Source of the DNA: Botryllus schlosseri
Lineage: Eukaryota
NCBI GenBank assembly: GCA_051294905.1
Contig: CM119372.1
Coordinates: forward strand, 37,264,001-37,328,000
DNA: 64,000 nt
Direction: 5' to 3'
The notes below the pieces were generated by a model, which made no database searches, was not told the origin of the DNA, and saw nothing but the letters and a program-made list of their open reading frames with translations. Below are positions 63,540-64,000 of this stretch, one piece after another. The position numbers and the translations under genes are program-made. How positions within the stretch are numbered: position 1 is the first letter of the stretch; every line of letters starts with the position of its first letter.

Positions 63540-64000
63540 TTCTAGAACGAACATAATCGCGAAACAGCCCAAACATTTCTGTAACATATTATGTTTGCCG
63601 GAGGGGACAGTACCGAAATTGAAAGTAAGGTACGTCTCGACACTGAATCGCTTAAAGCGCTATAAAAAGTTTTGAGCTCAATAAATTCGCCCAAAAATAC
63701 TTTACATTATGCAAACTATCGAATAGATCTTAAATAGCGTATAATTTCACGCTTCAATTCGTACCCCCTGCTTTGGTGCTCCATACCCCCAAGGGTTCCA
63801 CGGACCTGAACCGCTGTAGTATAACAAAGGGAACATAAATCAACTTACAACTTCGTGACTCGCAGGGTAGATCCATTATTTGGGCGGTTTATAACTTTAC
63901 TCAATTGGTCGGTCTCTCATTGTATTTTTTTCCAAATGCGTTGTTTGCTAACACAAATGCAACCATAATGGGGCCTCAACTATCCGTAATATGAGGAATT

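Overview
AT-rich, repeat-saturated animal genomic DNA (short GT-AG introns, MITEs, LINE/SINE/Penelope relics; a marine invertebrate such as a tunicate is plausible but cannot be proven from sequence). The genic core is a co-oriented (- strand) cluster of intronless, atypical rhodopsin-class 7TM GPCRs. Two ORFs are intact (46451-47458, 55435-56397), one is open but has lost its ancestral ATG (19383-20357), and two are pseudogenes (about 34604-35424 and a TM4-TM7 half copy at 54820-55400). The receptors lack DRY and CWxP but share a charged pocket (D/E3.32, D/E6.51, K6.55, H7.39, R7.43), consistent with a lineage-specific birth-and-death, possibly chemosensory, family. Between the genes lie more than 20 TIR elements, mostly hAT-type with 8-bp TSDs and including a four-level nested stack at 25082-28661. 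There are also four Penelope-like insertions carrying minimal hammerhead ribozymes, LINE relics, a tRNA-derived SINE, a Chapaev-like transposase relic, and decayed spliced genes (SAM-domain, DUF4806-like) that the ORF track does not show as genes. All alignments were done by eye; no database searches were possible.
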